Source: Naegleria gruberi (taxonomy: Eukaryota). Taken from it: DNA of 64,000 nt. A program made the translations under genes and the position numbers. The DNA lies in NCBI GenBank assembly GCA_000004985.1, contig GG738845.1, one strand, 5' to 3'. The notes beneath the pieces are model-generated. The model had not been told where the DNA came from. It made no database searches and saw nothing but the letters and a program-made list of their open reading frames with translations. How positions within the stretch are numbered: position 1 is the first letter of the stretch; every line of letters starts with the position of its first letter. This document shows positions 1 through 11,420 of the stretch, one piece after another.

Positions 1-1
1 A

Positions 2-1231
2 TCACTGCAAACCAACAATGAAAATAATCAAGAGGTTGAAAAGAAAATATCAAAATTGATAGTCAAGTCTGTAGCAATTAGTGGAACAATTAATATGGTA
101 CTTGTTCTGGCACTCACATTCACTCTCTTTGATGTTATCACACAGGGATGGGCTATATTCGGTTGCTACCTGATTGGATTCTTGAATGGTGGAGTTTTAA
201 TTCAATTCTTATTCAGATATTATACTTTCCACAGATATCGTCCAGTTCAATACCTGGCTCTCAATTCTACAAGTTGGTATCACTATGTTTCAAGTGGATT
301 TTCTCATTCAGTTCTATCCCTCATTATTCCAATACTTTCCATTATTGTCAATATCATTCTTTGTAGTGCTCTTTCTACTTTCATGACAGGTGGTAGAGCA
401 TTTGGATCATTATTTGGGTTGACAATTTCTGGTATTGGCATGTCTGCAAATATAATTTTCTTCCTAGTACTGGATACTATTGTTCCAAATATGAATATTA
501 GACACTTGGATCAGAAAGAAACCAAATTGAATCCAACTCTTCACACTTACTTTTTAACAAATGGTGGTGTGAATAGAGGTTGTCTTTTAAGTATTACTCT
601 ATTTTTCTGTTTGAGTGGTTTGCAATTTTTGATGGTCAAGAGTGGCTTGGGTGTTGTAAACATGATAGATCTTTCTACCTTGATTGGCTTGATTGTTGGA
701 TTGGTACTGCCATTTATTATTGTTGGACTATTGTGGAGCACAATTAATTATTGCTCCATGCAAATGATTAATGAATGTAAAGGTCAATTGAGAGAAATTG
801 ATGGCCTGTTAGAAGGTAGACTAAATAGTAAACCTAATTATGAGAATATGAACCGATTACAGGGTGTGAAATCTATCAGAGGCGTCATTATGATTACTAG
901 TATCATTTTTTTAGCACCAACTTTGATAGGGTTAATTGGAAGACAAAAAATGTTGCTTGGATTTTTAGTGAGCTTTTCATTGGTTGGCTATTTTCTTTCA
1001 TTTATAATGTTAAACTTGGGCTTTTCTTGGAATTCTGTGAGAAGAATTGTGGAGCTAAAATATACTGAGCAGTCTCTTCATATGGATATCACAAGACATA
1101 ATACTGTCATTGCGGACACTGTTGGAATTTCATTAAGAGACTCTCTTGCTCCTTCCCTTTTATCTAGTGTTAGAGTTGTTACTCTAATTTGTCTAGTGAT
1201 AGCCCCAACATTGAAATTTCTATATCCATAA
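2..1231 (+). CDS. 5'-truncated multi-pass membrane protein; divergent H+-translocating pyrophosphatase (V-PPase) family, C-terminal half
   Basis: The frame is open from nt 2 with no in-frame ATG, and the ORF-track M at 56 is TTG, so the gene starts upstream of the window. It stops at TAA 1229-1231. At least 8 hydrophobic helices are visible. Three segments parallel remembered V-PPase motifs: IGLIVGLVLPF...GLLEGRLNSKPNY against IGLIVGAMLPY...GLMEGTAKPDY; LGFSWNSVRR against GGAWDNAKK; and HNTVIADTVGISLRDSLAPSL against [22 protein letters not shown]. Several conserved Asp/Lys positions are substituted. Confidence 0.5.
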   Translation, partial: SLQTNNENNQEVEKKISKLIVKSVAISGTINMVLVLALTFTLFDVITQGWAIFGCYLIGFLNGGVLIQFLFRYYTFHRYRPVQYLALNSTSWYHYVSSGFSHSVLSLIIPILSIIVNIILCSALSTFMTGGRAFGSLFGLTISGIGMSANIIFFLVLDTIVPNMNIRHLDQKETKLNPTLHTYFLTNGGVNRGCLLSITLFFCLSGLQFLMVKSGLGVVNMIDLSTLIGLIVGLVLPFIIVGLLWSTINYCSMQMINECKGQLREIDGLLEGRLNSKPNYENMNRLQGVKSIRGVIMITSIIFLAPTLIGLIGRQKMLLGFLVSFSLVGYFLSFIMLNLGFSWNSVRRIVELKYTEQSLHMDITRHNTVIADTVGISLRDSLAPSLLSSVRVVTLICLVIAPTLKFLYP

Positions 1232-1399
1232 GCGGATTACTTAAAGTTGATGATTTTTGGGATGGTTAATTTTATGGTTTCTAATCAAGCAGAAAAGGAA
1301 ATTCTTTCCATTCACATGTGAATGGATTATTGATGAAGAAGTAAAAAAAGGATTGCTTAGTAAAACCCCGCCATTTATAGTATGGAATTATTTTAAATA

Positions 1400-2312
1400 A
1401 TGGAAAAAACACCCAAGCAAGCATCTGTGGTGATGCTTATTAATGTCCCTAGAGGCAAACAAGCAAAAACGATTATCAAATCAATAGCAAAATATTTTGA
1501 TATCAAGGGAACAGTACAAAGAATTAATGTCTACCAAGTAAAAATTGTTTTTGAGAGCAATCACCATATCAATTTAGGTCTCTTTACTTCAGAATTATAT
1601 TTTAAATTTAAACAATTTAATCTTGTCGATTTTTACTTTGAAGAAAAAAAGTATTTAACATCATTCGATATTATCAAAGCAAACACTAATGTAGAATTAA
1701 GTAGTTATAGGAATAGGTTTTAATGATGACTCAAAAATTCCCAAAATAAGTGTTCAATTTTCTAAAGATGAGGCGATAACTTGGAATCTAGTTAAAGTAT
1801 TTGTTGAAAAATGTACACTACTGACTGCTATTTCTGAAAGTAGTGAAAACATATCAGAAAGTGAAAATCAAGAAATTGGAAAACTACAATTTTTAGACAG
1901 CTTAAAACAAGCATCTGAAATTATTGAAAAAAAGAAGTTGAAAAAAAGCAAGAAACATCATGAATTAGATGAACCTATTTCAGCAAAAAAGAATCTGGAA
2001 AGAATAGAGGGATCATTAATTATTGGTAATCTTGTGTTAAACAAAAGCAATCCAAAAAGTTGGAGCCCTGAGCAAGTAAAGGTGGTTTTATTAGATACTG
2101 AGTTGGGTGTTGGATTGGATGAAGAAGAGTTCCAAAACCTCAAGTTGAAAGGGCGTGACTTGTATTATATTGTTGATGCTTTGATTAGTTTTAATGGTGA
2201 TAAAGAAGCAAAGATTAGTCATGCCTTTTCACAGCCTCTTGGAATTGAATGTCCCAAGATTAAAAACATCATTGTTAGATGGGTATTTGATAATTTACTT
2301 GAATACAAATAG
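1400..2312 (+). CDS. hypothetical protein with a C-terminal SAM-like domain; two exons join(1400..1650,1718..2312)
   Basis: ORF 1400..1723 starts at ATG 1400. The downstream ORF (1716..2312) has no in-frame ATG, since its track M is TTG. A GTATTT donor at 1651 (phase 2) and an aatAG acceptor at 1716-1717 give a 67-nt AT-rich intron that joins the two frames without a stop. The C-terminus, WSPEQVKVVLLDTELGVGLDEEEFQNLKLKGRDLYYIVDAL, has a SAM-domain-like pattern. Confidence 0.4.
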
Positions 2313-2401
2313 AGATTGTTTGATTAAATGTTTCTCTATTTGTATTCAAGTAAATATTAATATTAAGACATATTTACCAAGAGTTTAAATTGTGGACAAG
2401 T

Positions 2402-4894
2402 TTATTCGAAGGACTTTTCAATAAACAAAATTTCCCTCGAAACATCATCATAGAATGTTTGTGTGCATACTTCATCCATATGACCATGCTTGTGCACTTT
2501 GAGTACTTGATGTTTGTTTGTTGGTTGAGTGAGATTTCGTTTTCTAATAATGGCCATTGTTTTTGCAATATTCCAAAGAGGACATTTAAAATCATCAATG
2601 CTTCCTGTAACATAAAGATTGGTGTTGAAATCATCTTTTCCTTGCATGATTAAATGATATGGAGAGTAAGACATCATGAGATGGGCAATTTCCTTGCTCT
2701 CTTTTGGACTTCCATATTCATCAAACTCGTGTTCTGTGAGTGGTAATGATTCATCCAACATGGTTGTCAAAACATCCAAGAATGGTACTTTCAATACAAG
2801 TGTATTGAAAATATTCTCATTTCTGTACATTAGAGAAGTGCTCATCATTAATAATCCACCTGCACTGATTCCACGTCCAATAAATAGTCCATTCCTAGTG
2901 AGTTTCTTCTCGTTGACCAAGTAATTGGTTACCGATTTCAAATCCTTCATACTATTTGATTTTAATTCTTTCACTCCTCCCTTGTACCATTGAATTCCAT
3001 TCTCCTTTCCACCTCTCACGTGAGCATAGACGAAAATGTATCCTCTCTTTAAAAAGTATTCTCTATAGGCATAGAATAGGGTATTATCAGCAATTTGTAA
3101 ATCTTCCATTAGGTGAGTTCCGTATGCTCCATACCCAATTAAAAAACACTTGCTATGGTCTGTAACAGTGGTCTTATCGTAAAGAATGGTAATAGGAATA
3201 TTATTCTCAATTACTATCGACTCGGTTACTAGATTATCATTTGCAATGATATGGGAATTAAAGAGAGTGGTAGCTGAATCGTCCTTCAAATCAAATTTTA
3301 CAAGGATTGGATTTCTGCGAATGAGGGAATGGCATTTGATATTATAAAATGAGCCATTATAATCTAAATTGGCTCCAATTTCAATATAATGAGTATTTTC
3401 TGGTATTGGCAAGTATGAAAATTCTCTTGTTGAAATGTTATACTTGAGTAATTTTGGAATACTGTTCTCTATCAAGTAAATGACGAGAAAATTGGAGAAA
3501 ATATCAATCTCATGAATTGTCTGGCCCTTCTTGTGGGTAAAAAGGACCGTCTTGTCATCTTCTCCTTTCAGAAGGTTCTCCCTAGAGACTGAGAAAATAT
3601 CCAAATCTGACTCAGGATCGTTGTTTGTGATAATATAGCATGTTTCAGTTTCTTTGTGGTATTCGAAAAAGTATTGAGATCCCTCCTTTCTTTTTTGAAT
3701 GCATTTTAACTCAAAATCCATATCATTTGTTGGAATCAATGCATGAACTTCTGTCGTTGTCTTGCTATTGATAGAAATGTATTTGAGGTCATTGTCTTTA
3801 GTTCGTCCAATATCTATAAAGAATTTATCATCCAACTCTTCCAACAAGAGTTTTTCTCTAAACGAGATGAATTCGCTATCTGAATATTTTCTATAGAATG
3901 CCTTATTAGTCCTATACTTTTCATCAGTGGTAGTATAGAGAAGATACAAGCTTCCATCTGGAAAAATATCGAGCTCTAAATTTGAAATATTAGGAATATC
4001 GTCCACAACATGTACCACCTTATTCTTGTGTTTAAGGACTATATAATTGGAATTGTTAATTTCTATTATGGTGGCAGAGTATTGTAAGCAGTGACTATTC
4101 TTATGGTTCACTAAATTATATGAGAGACTACCATCTTGTGTAATTCTCTTTACATTTTTCTTTACATAATGTTCCACATCTGAATAGATAGCCTGCTTGT
4201 TGTAAATAATTTCCATATTTCCATGAGGTATGGATGACATTAGTCTCGATCGAATAGAAACATTCTTTGTAAATAAAGATTCAAATGATTGACAAACTCC
4301 ATGATAAAATTCATCACAATAAATAGACTTTGTATCCAAATCTCCAATAGGAATTCTAGTAATATATTGATCAAAATTGAATGAAAAGTAAATATAAGTA
4401 TTGGTAGTCTCAATATCTGTCAAGAATAATTTATCATTAAATACATAAAACGAATTCTCCTTATTTTGTTGCATTTCCTTCAATTCTTTTTTAATTTTCT
4501 TTGTTTCCTTCTTGTATTGCTCAAAATATTCATCATAATAATCAATTTCCTGTTTTAAATAATTATCACATTCAACTATATCGGAAGATAATTTAAAGAA
4601 GGGATCTCGAATTTCAACATTGTGTACTCGATAGGTTGTTTCGAGATGTTCATCATTGAGGAAGGGAATTTTAGGCTTTTTCTTGAACAGAGAAAAATAA
4701 TTTCTATTCCATAATGATGAAGTTTTTGAATTGTTGTTGCTAATTTGATGATGATTAAATAGTGATGCTGATGATGGTTTGCAAAGTAGTTGTGGACATG
4801 ATTGAATATGTATTATCTGTAATTTCCGATTGACTGTAAGGAGCTTTTGTTTTAACATTTTTTTTTCAATCAATTTTAACTTGATTAAATTCAT
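2402..4894 (-). CDS. prolyl oligopeptidase family (S9A) serine peptidase, oligopeptidase B / protease II-like
   Basis: The 830-aa ORF has the region PKIPFLNDEHLETTYRVHNVEIRDPFFKL...YLKQEIDYYDEYF, which matches the oligopeptidase-B start (PxIP..L..HG..R.D.Y.WLRD....EVL.YL..EN.Y). The C-terminal alpha/beta hydrolase domain carries the nucleophile motif GRGISAGG (GxSxGG), a later Asp in GSIDDF and a His in HGHMDE. The first about 60 aa look like an extension or targeting peptide. Confidence 0.8.
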   Translation of the reverse strand: MNLIKLKLIEKKMLKQKLLTVNRKLQIIHIQSCPQLLCKPSSASLFNHHQISNNNSKTSSLWNRNYFSLFKKKPKIPFLNDEHLETTYRVHNVEIRDPFFKLSSDIVECDNYLKQEIDYYDEYFEQYKKETKKIKKELKEMQQNKENSFYVFNDKLFLTDIETTNTYIYFSFNFDQYITRIPIGDLDTKSIYCDEFYHGVCQSFESLFTKNVSIRSRLMSSIPHGNMEIIYNKQAIYSDVEHYVKKNVKRITQDGSLSYNLVNHKNSHCLQYSATIIEINNSNYIVLKHKNKVVHVVDDIPNISNLELDIFPDGSLYLLYTTTDEKYRTNKAFYRKYSDSEFISFREKLLLEELDDKFFIDIGRTKDNDLKYISINSKTTTEVHALIPTNDMDFELKCIQKRKEGSQYFFEYHKETETCYIITNNDPESDLDIFSVSRENLLKGEDDKTVLFTHKKGQTIHEIDIFSNFLVIYLIENSIPKLLKYNISTREFSYLPIPENTHYIEIGANLDYNGSFYNIKCHSLIRRNPILVKFDLKDDSATTLFNSHIIANDNLVTESIVIENNIPITILYDKTTVTDHSKCFLIGYGAYGTHLMEDLQIADNTLFYAYREYFLKRGYIFVYAHVRGGKENGIQWYKGGVKELKSNSMKDLKSVTNYLVNEKKLTRNGLFIGRGISAGGLLMMSTSLMYRNENIFNTLVLKVPFLDVLTTMLDESLPLTEHEFDEYGSPKESKEIAHLMMSYSPYHLIMQGKDDFNTNLYVTGSIDDFKCPLWNIAKTMAIIRKRNLTQPTNKHQVLKVHKHGHMDEVCTQTFYDDVSREILFIEKSFE

Positions 4895-5058
4895 TTACAT
4901 AATATTTAAATTCATTATTGTCCTGATAATGAAAGCTAAATAGTGAAACGGTCGCATTACAGTTACATATTAAGGTGGAGCCCAATAGTGCTTATTTTTG
5001 TTGGCGCCATTTCCTATCGTTAAGAATTAAGTAACGTTATTCTTCATCTCTAAAAAAA

Positions 5059-6901
5059 ATGAAATCATCAGCAACCACTACAACCTCATCATCGGGCATT
5101 AAGAAGGTAGGTTTATTAAATGTAACTTTGAATCATTTGTTTTGTATGATGTATTAAATAGCAGTCGATAGAAAGGAAAGTTGTTGCGCTCAAAGATAAG
5201 AACGATCTGCTGGAGAGTACCAATCAGCAATTAAATTCCGTCATTGCCCAACAACAACAAGAAATAAGAACATTGGAAACAGCATTAGAACTTGCTAAGG
5301 GTCATGATGCTCAACAATTCTATAACTTTGGAGCCTTCCAGTTGGAAATACAAAGCTTGAAGGAACATCTTCAAAAATCTAATAATGAAATTGTACAATT
5401 AAAATACGAGAAGCAACATACAGAGGCATCACTAGACGAGAAAACAGAACAAGTAAACTTGTTAGAACAACAAAAGGAAAATCTCATGTCCATGATTGAC
5501 TCACAGAGAAAAGAGTTGACAAGTCTGAAAAGTAGTGTTGATAATTTGAAGGAAAGATCAACCCAACTAAAGAGAGCAGATATTGAAATCACTAGGTCAA
5601 GAAAAGAAATGGAAGAAATCAAATCCAAAATGGAAAATTTTTCAAAAGAATATGCACAAGAGAAGGAGGCAAGAGAAAAGATTGAAATGGATTTTGAGGA
5701 GTACAGGGAGAGCACAACCAATGAGAATGAATCATTGAAAGAGCAACTCGATAAGTTTGCTGCAATGAACTTCCAATATCAAAAACAAGTGAATGAACTT
5801 CAATCAGAAAATTACAGACTGAAAGACATGTCAGAAACAGCAATTATGAAGCATAAAGAGTTGGAGGAAGTTATCAAAATTTTAAAGGAAGAAAGAAAGA
5901 ACTCAGAAGAGGAATTATGTAACAGACTCAAAGAAAGAATTGCTCAATTAACTAAACTGAATAGTGAAAAGGATGCAATTCTGATTTCACAACAAGAACT
6001 TCAATTCAAGTGCATGGAAAAGGAAGAGGCACTAAAGCAAAAAGAAGAATATCTGGACACTTTGCAGCAAAAGATTTCCAATCAAGATGAAAACAAAAAG
6101 ATTATGCAAAAAACACTTTTACATCAATTAGAATCTTTGAGGAAGGAAATTCAACTCAAAGAAGAGGAAATTACCAACTTGAAAGAGTATGTCGAGAGGG
6201 CTGATAAGGATAACAATAGGTTAAAGATTCTTGTTAAGGCATTGAAGAGAAACCAAGAGGAACGAGCTCAAAAGGTTGGAAAGGAAAGAGGTTTAGTATC
6301 AGCTCTTAACACATCCACATCCACAACACTTTCTTATTTGGAGAGTCATGCAGTAATGGCAGTACCAACCTCTTCTACCAATAACACTATGGTCAACCCA
6401 ATTGCGACAGAAGAACACTACCCAGAAGCTTCAATCACTTTCGAACAAGAACCAAACATTCCAAGATCAGTTGTGTCAACACCTAAGCAAGATTCTCCTC
6501 AGCCAATTATAACTACCACAATAATAGAACCACCAGTAATGTCCAGGGAAATAACAAGGGAACCAGAATTCATTTCACAATTCACTAAATCTCCCAAACT
6601 TTCCAGAAAACCATTGGCTAACATTACCAATTCTGCACAACCTCAATCAGTTTTATCTTATCAACCAGTTAAAAAAACTCCAAACAAATCTATCAAACAA
6701 TATGAGCCTCTTCCAACACCTCAATATGCCAAGACCCTAAACGACCTTGCTATGATTAGTCCATCTCCTTATCATGGCACTAAGCAATCTTATCAACCAT
6801 CTCACAGCATTTCTAATAAGGAAAACATTTGTGACATGAGCGTTTTGAGTACTCCATCATTCCAGAGAATGGATCTCTTTGAATTGGCAGATATGAAATA
6901 A
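5059..6901 (+). CDS. coiled-coil protein with S/T/P-rich C-terminal tail; join(5059..5106,5162..6901)
   Basis: Exon 1 runs from ATG 5059 in an AAAAAAAATG context and encodes MKSSATTTTSSSGIKK, ending at a GTAGGT donor at 5107. The 55-nt intron ends aaatAG at 5161. Exon 2 is in frame with the 542-aa ORF, whose track start is a TTG. It has long heptad-like E/K/L/Q-rich stretches followed by a Pro/Ser/Thr-rich C-terminus. Confidence 0.6.
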
Positions 6902-6997
6902 ACGTTTAATAAATTCTAGACCTTAAATAATTGCAAAAAATCTACTCATTAAATCTTTGCAACATAGCAGCCAAATCATCCATCAACCACAAAAAAA

Positions 6998-9586
6998 ATG
7001 CCTGCAGGAGCCTGGATTATGAATAAGCTTTATACCTTGGGAAATGGATTTTACGACATGACCATGACCAAGCAATCGGATCGTGTAAAATATAAATACG
7101 AAAAGAAGATGAAACAAGTTGAAAAGTTTGTTAGTGAAGATGGTGCCATCAAATCTCACTCGATCGATCAAAAGAAAGTGATCATCACGTACGTATTTGT
7201 TTGTTTGATTAGTCACTTACGTTTAACAGCTTCGACAATTCTCGTTTGACTTTGCGTTGTATTGACAATATTGTTTGGAAGGTTTCATTCATGCCAAAAG
7301 AGTCGGTTGAATAGTAAGTACTGATAGTTAAAATAATATTAAATTTGAGAACACGATCCATTCAATCAATTAAATTATAGTCCATCACTAGTAGTTTCCG
7401 ATGATGCTCTTAATTTTGTAAATATTATTGTTGATGAGGAGAATGAAGATTTTATTACATTCAAACCAGCTGACAGTGCATTGACCAAACTCAAACTCAA
7501 CAAGAAGAATCTTTCCATTGATATCCTGACACAATTTACCAATGACCAATATACTACTGCTTTCAGTAATATCAAGGTTGCAACCAGACCAAAGGATGAA
7601 CAAGCAACTAATATTTCCTTTGGATATAATGTTTCAACTGTAAAGAGTGTTTCAAATGATTGGTTTGGTCTGGGAGAAAAGTCCAACTCTGTCAAGAAGA
7701 ATGGTAAAAAATACTTGTTCTGGAATTGGGATTCATTTGCTTATCAGAGTGAAACTGATCCACTTTATCAAAGCATTCCTTTCGGTATTGTCTCATCTAA
7801 ATTTGAAATTGATCAAGGAAAAACAGAGAGAAGATTTAATGGTATCTTTATTGACAATTATGGTATGCAACAATGGGATTTAACTTCAGAAGAACATTTT
7901 TCCGCCAATCTTGAAAGCTTCCCATGTAATGTTTACTTTATGGCTAATAATGCCAAGACACCATTCAATATTTCAAAGACCTATGAACAATTGACTGGTG
8001 CCAATCCAATGGTTCCATTGTGGGTTTTAGGTTATCATCAATGTAGATGGTCCTACTATCCAGATACTCAAGTCAAGGAAATTGCTCAAGAATTCCTCGA
8101 TCGTGACATTCCTTGTGATGTCATTTATTTGGACATTGATTATATGGATGGTTATAGAGATTTTACATGGAGTAAGACTGATTTCCCAAATCCAAGAGAA
8201 TTACTTAAATGGCTTCACGAAAGAAAATTCAAAGTGGTCACAATTTTAGACCCAGGTGTCAAGGTTGATTCCAATTATGATGTCTACAAGACTGGGGTTG
8301 AAGGAAATCATTTCTGTGCCTATCCTAACGGTAAACTCTATGAAGGTGTTGTTTGGCCTGGTGCTACTCACATGCCTTCCTATACTTCTGAACCAGTTAG
8401 AAAGTGGTGGGCTGATTGGTATAAGGGACTCATTGAAGATGGTGTTGATGGTTTCTGGAATGACATGAACTGTCCATCAGTTAAAGTCAATCCAATAGAA
8501 GCTGGTACCATGGATGACAATGTTTTACAAGTTATGGATGCACCTTATCCAAGTCCACAAATGCACAAGGATATTCACAACTTTTATGGTAGTTCCATGG
8601 CTATTGCAAGTAGAGAGGGTATTGAAAAATTCCAAAGACCACTCAATAGAAGATCATTCCTCTTTGCCCGTGCTTGTTTTGCAGGTATTCAAAAACATGC
8701 TGGATCTTGGAGTGGTGACAATATGTCTACATTTGAACATTTAGCAATTTCTTTGAGATTATTAATGGGACAATCAATTTGTGGTCAACTCATGGTTGGT
8801 GCTGATATTGGTGGATTCAGATGGAATTGTTTCCCTGAATTGTATGCACGTTGGATTGCATTTGGTTCCATCTTTTATCCTTATTGTAGATCTCACACTG
8901 ACAAGTTCACTATTCAACAAGAACCATGGTCTTTTGGTGAACAAGTCGAAGCCATCTCAAAGAAGTTTATCAAACTCAGATATCAATTAATGCCATACTT
9001 GTACACAGCCTCTGTTCTCCACAGTAAGAGATCAATGCCAATGATTAGACCACTATTCTATGATTTCTCAAGCGATGAAGAATGTTACAATCAAGAATGG
9101 TTAGATACACAAGGTATGATTGGTAATGCTCTTATGGTGGCTCCAATCTTACATGAAAAACAAACTTCCAGAAAGGTCTACTTGCCTAAACTTGAAGAAG
9201 AAAAGTGGTACGACTTTTTCAATCCAGCCAATTCATATGAAGGTGGACAAGTTATCACTGTTGAAGCTCCTTTGGATCATTTACCAGTTTTTGTTAAGGG
9301 AGGTTCAGTCATTCCAATGAGACAAACTCATGCTCAATCAGTTTATGATTTACATTTGGTTGACTTGACTTTCAAATCTTTCGGAAGTATTGTTACCTCA
9401 CAACAAAACTACCTCTACTTGGATGATGGTATCAGTTTGGATTATGAAAATGGATTGTATGGTTTCTACCAAATTGAAGATGCTAATGGTACCCTCAAAT
9501 TATTGGAAGGTAATGGTTTCCCAACACGCTTGGAGATTGGAAAGGACTTTGAAAATCTTGAACAGTTCACTGCCAAATTCTATTAA
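6998..9586 (+). CDS. glycoside hydrolase family 31 alpha-glucosidase; join(6998..7188,7230..7313,7381..9586)
   Basis: The main exon carries the GH31 signatures DVIYLDIDYMDGYRDFTW, GVDGFWNDMNCPS (WNDMNEP-type) and GADIGGF. Its track M at 7481 is TTG, and the frame stays open back to an ATTATAG acceptor at 7380. Upstream, GTAAGT (7314) and GTACGT (7189) donors with phase-compatible acceptors link it to an ATG exon at 6998 in a CAAAAAAAATG context. The N-terminal exon chain is the less certain part. Confidence 0.7.
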
Positions 9587-9818
9587 ACAAATATATTCAA
9601 TCCAATAATTATTATTAGTGAGAGAAGAATAAAAACTCTTTATAAATTTAGATATTGCTCCTAAGGAAGTTTATTGTGATGACAGCAACAAATCGTAGTG
9701 TTTGCTGTTTGGTTCGTTCCGAATGTTAAAACCGCCAAATTTTACAATTACTTCCCAAGAGCAAAGGTTCCCTCCAAAACCACAAAAAAAATAGCCTTAA
9801 AACCTTAAAGCCTCTAAG

Positions 9819-10141
9819 ATGTCTGAAAATAAGAAAGCTGTGATTAAAAATGCTGATATGGAAGAAAACATGCAAAGAGAAGCAGTAGATATTGCTGCTC
9901 AAGCTTTGGACAAGTTTAACATTGAAAAGGATATTGCTGCTCACATTAAGAAGGAATTCGATAAGAAATACAACCCAACTTGGCATTGTGTTGTGGGTAG
10001 AAATTTCGGAAGCTATGTTACCCACGAAAGTAAGTAGTTTTGTTAATTACAATTCTAATCAATTCTTTCAATATTATAGCTAAGCACTTTATCTATTTCT
10101 ACCTCGGTCAAGTTGCCGTCTTGTTGTTCAAATCAGGTTAA
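9819..10141 (+). CDS. DYNLL: dynein light chain LC8 (DYNLL family); join(9819..10029,10080..10141)
   Basis: The protein [70 protein letters not shown] is near-identical to the conserved LC8 sequence. A GTAAGT donor at 10030 and a 50-nt intron ending TATAG restore the conserved C-terminus [20 protein letters not shown] followed by TAA. Confidence 0.92.
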
Positions 10142-10307
10142 ATAAATCTAAGAATTGTAATATATATAAATATTTATTCAGGTTAATTATTATTGTCGGT
10201 TAGTGTTGATGAGCGCAGAGCAAGAATTTAAAGTGCTTTCACTGGCTTTTAGAACTTTAAAATTGTATTCTGATGATGAGTATTGAGGCTCAAAGCAATA
10301 ATAAAAA

Positions 10308-11282
10308 ATGAAAGAGCTGACCCTTAGCGATACTCCATCTATTGGATACAATAATCTTGTCGTGGACTCCAAGACTGATGTTATGGCCTACGTTTCAAAT
10401 GGTCAAATTGTTGCCAAGCCTTTGAAGGAATTTATTACAAACGGAAAGGTAGATGATAATACTGTAATTCAAAATTTGTCGGATTATGAAGTAAAGAATG
10501 TTGCTCTATGTATGGACGGAAAATGTATTGCAGCAACTTGCGAAAAGGGAGTGTTGGTAGGTAGTAGATGTCCTTCAAGTTCTCAATATTTTCATATGAT
10601 ACAATGATGATCATTTTAGTTTTATGAAGCTAAATCATTCTCCCTCTTATATTTCTACAAAATTGATGGAGAAATTACATTTACTTTTACTGCTCTTGCT
10701 GGAAGTGGAACTAAACTCTATGCAGGTGATACCAAGGGAAACTTATCGGTATTTACTCTCAATTCTCAAGATTCAATCATGTTGGAGAGCTGTAAGAATA
10801 TTTCCCTTTTTGAAATTACATCTGTAGTCTTCAATGGAGATCATGTTTGTGTGGGAACTGCTAATGGTGACGTTTTAATTATGAACTCAAAATGTGAAAC
10901 TATTAAGTGTCACAAGAATAAGGTAGAAGCTTTGGAATATCCATGTTCAAGCTTGAATATTGTTGGAAATGTTCTAATCTCAGCCTTTGCAAGTGGACAT
11001 GTTAGAATTTATGACCTTGTTTCTGGAAATAAGACAGCAGAACTTGGAGCTCACTCAAAGAGTGTCACTGCTCTTGCATCAAAGAGTAAGGGAGGTGAAA
11101 TTGTTTTCGTTACTGTATCTGAGGATTGTTCAGTGTTTGTTTGGAGTTACAATAACAAGATTTCAGCTGTCAAGGGAGATAGAATTAAGGATTCCATGAT
11201 TGTTGGAGTTCAATTTGTTGATGAAAATCGTCTCATGTTGACATGTTTCGAAAAGAAGGATTGTTTCTTAATGGATTTGTAA
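10308..11282 (+). CDS. WD40-repeat-like protein (~304 aa); join(10308..10556,10620..11282)
   Basis: ATG 10308 lies in an AAAAAATG context. A GTAGGT donor at 10557 and a 63-nt intron with in-frame stops end at TTTTAG (10619). Both exons share frame 0. WD-like beta-strand motifs include TANGDVLIMN, ASGHVRIYDL and VSEDCSVFVWS. Confidence 0.6.
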
Positions 11283-11420
11283 TTTTAAATAGTACTAATG
11301 CAAGTATTGAAATAAACACAACGAGAATGTGTTTTTGTAATATGATCTTCAATATGTACCAATTGGTAGATCTCCAGATGTTGTTCTAGAAGAATCAATT
11401 CCAATTTTTAGAAGAAAAAA

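Noticed and set aside
56-58. ORF-track methionines at non-ATG codons (e.g. 56, 5273, 7481, 23640, 32121, 38792, 45777, 60358, 63977)
   Set aside because: The underlying codons are TTG or GTG. In each case the real start is an upstream ATG, an upstream exon, or lies outside the window. The coordinates were adjusted accordingly.
6983-7216. Minus-strand 77-aa ORF overlapping the GH31 exon 1
   Set aside because: The plus-strand reading has an AAAAAAAATG start and splices in phase into the GH31 gene. The minus ORF has no support.
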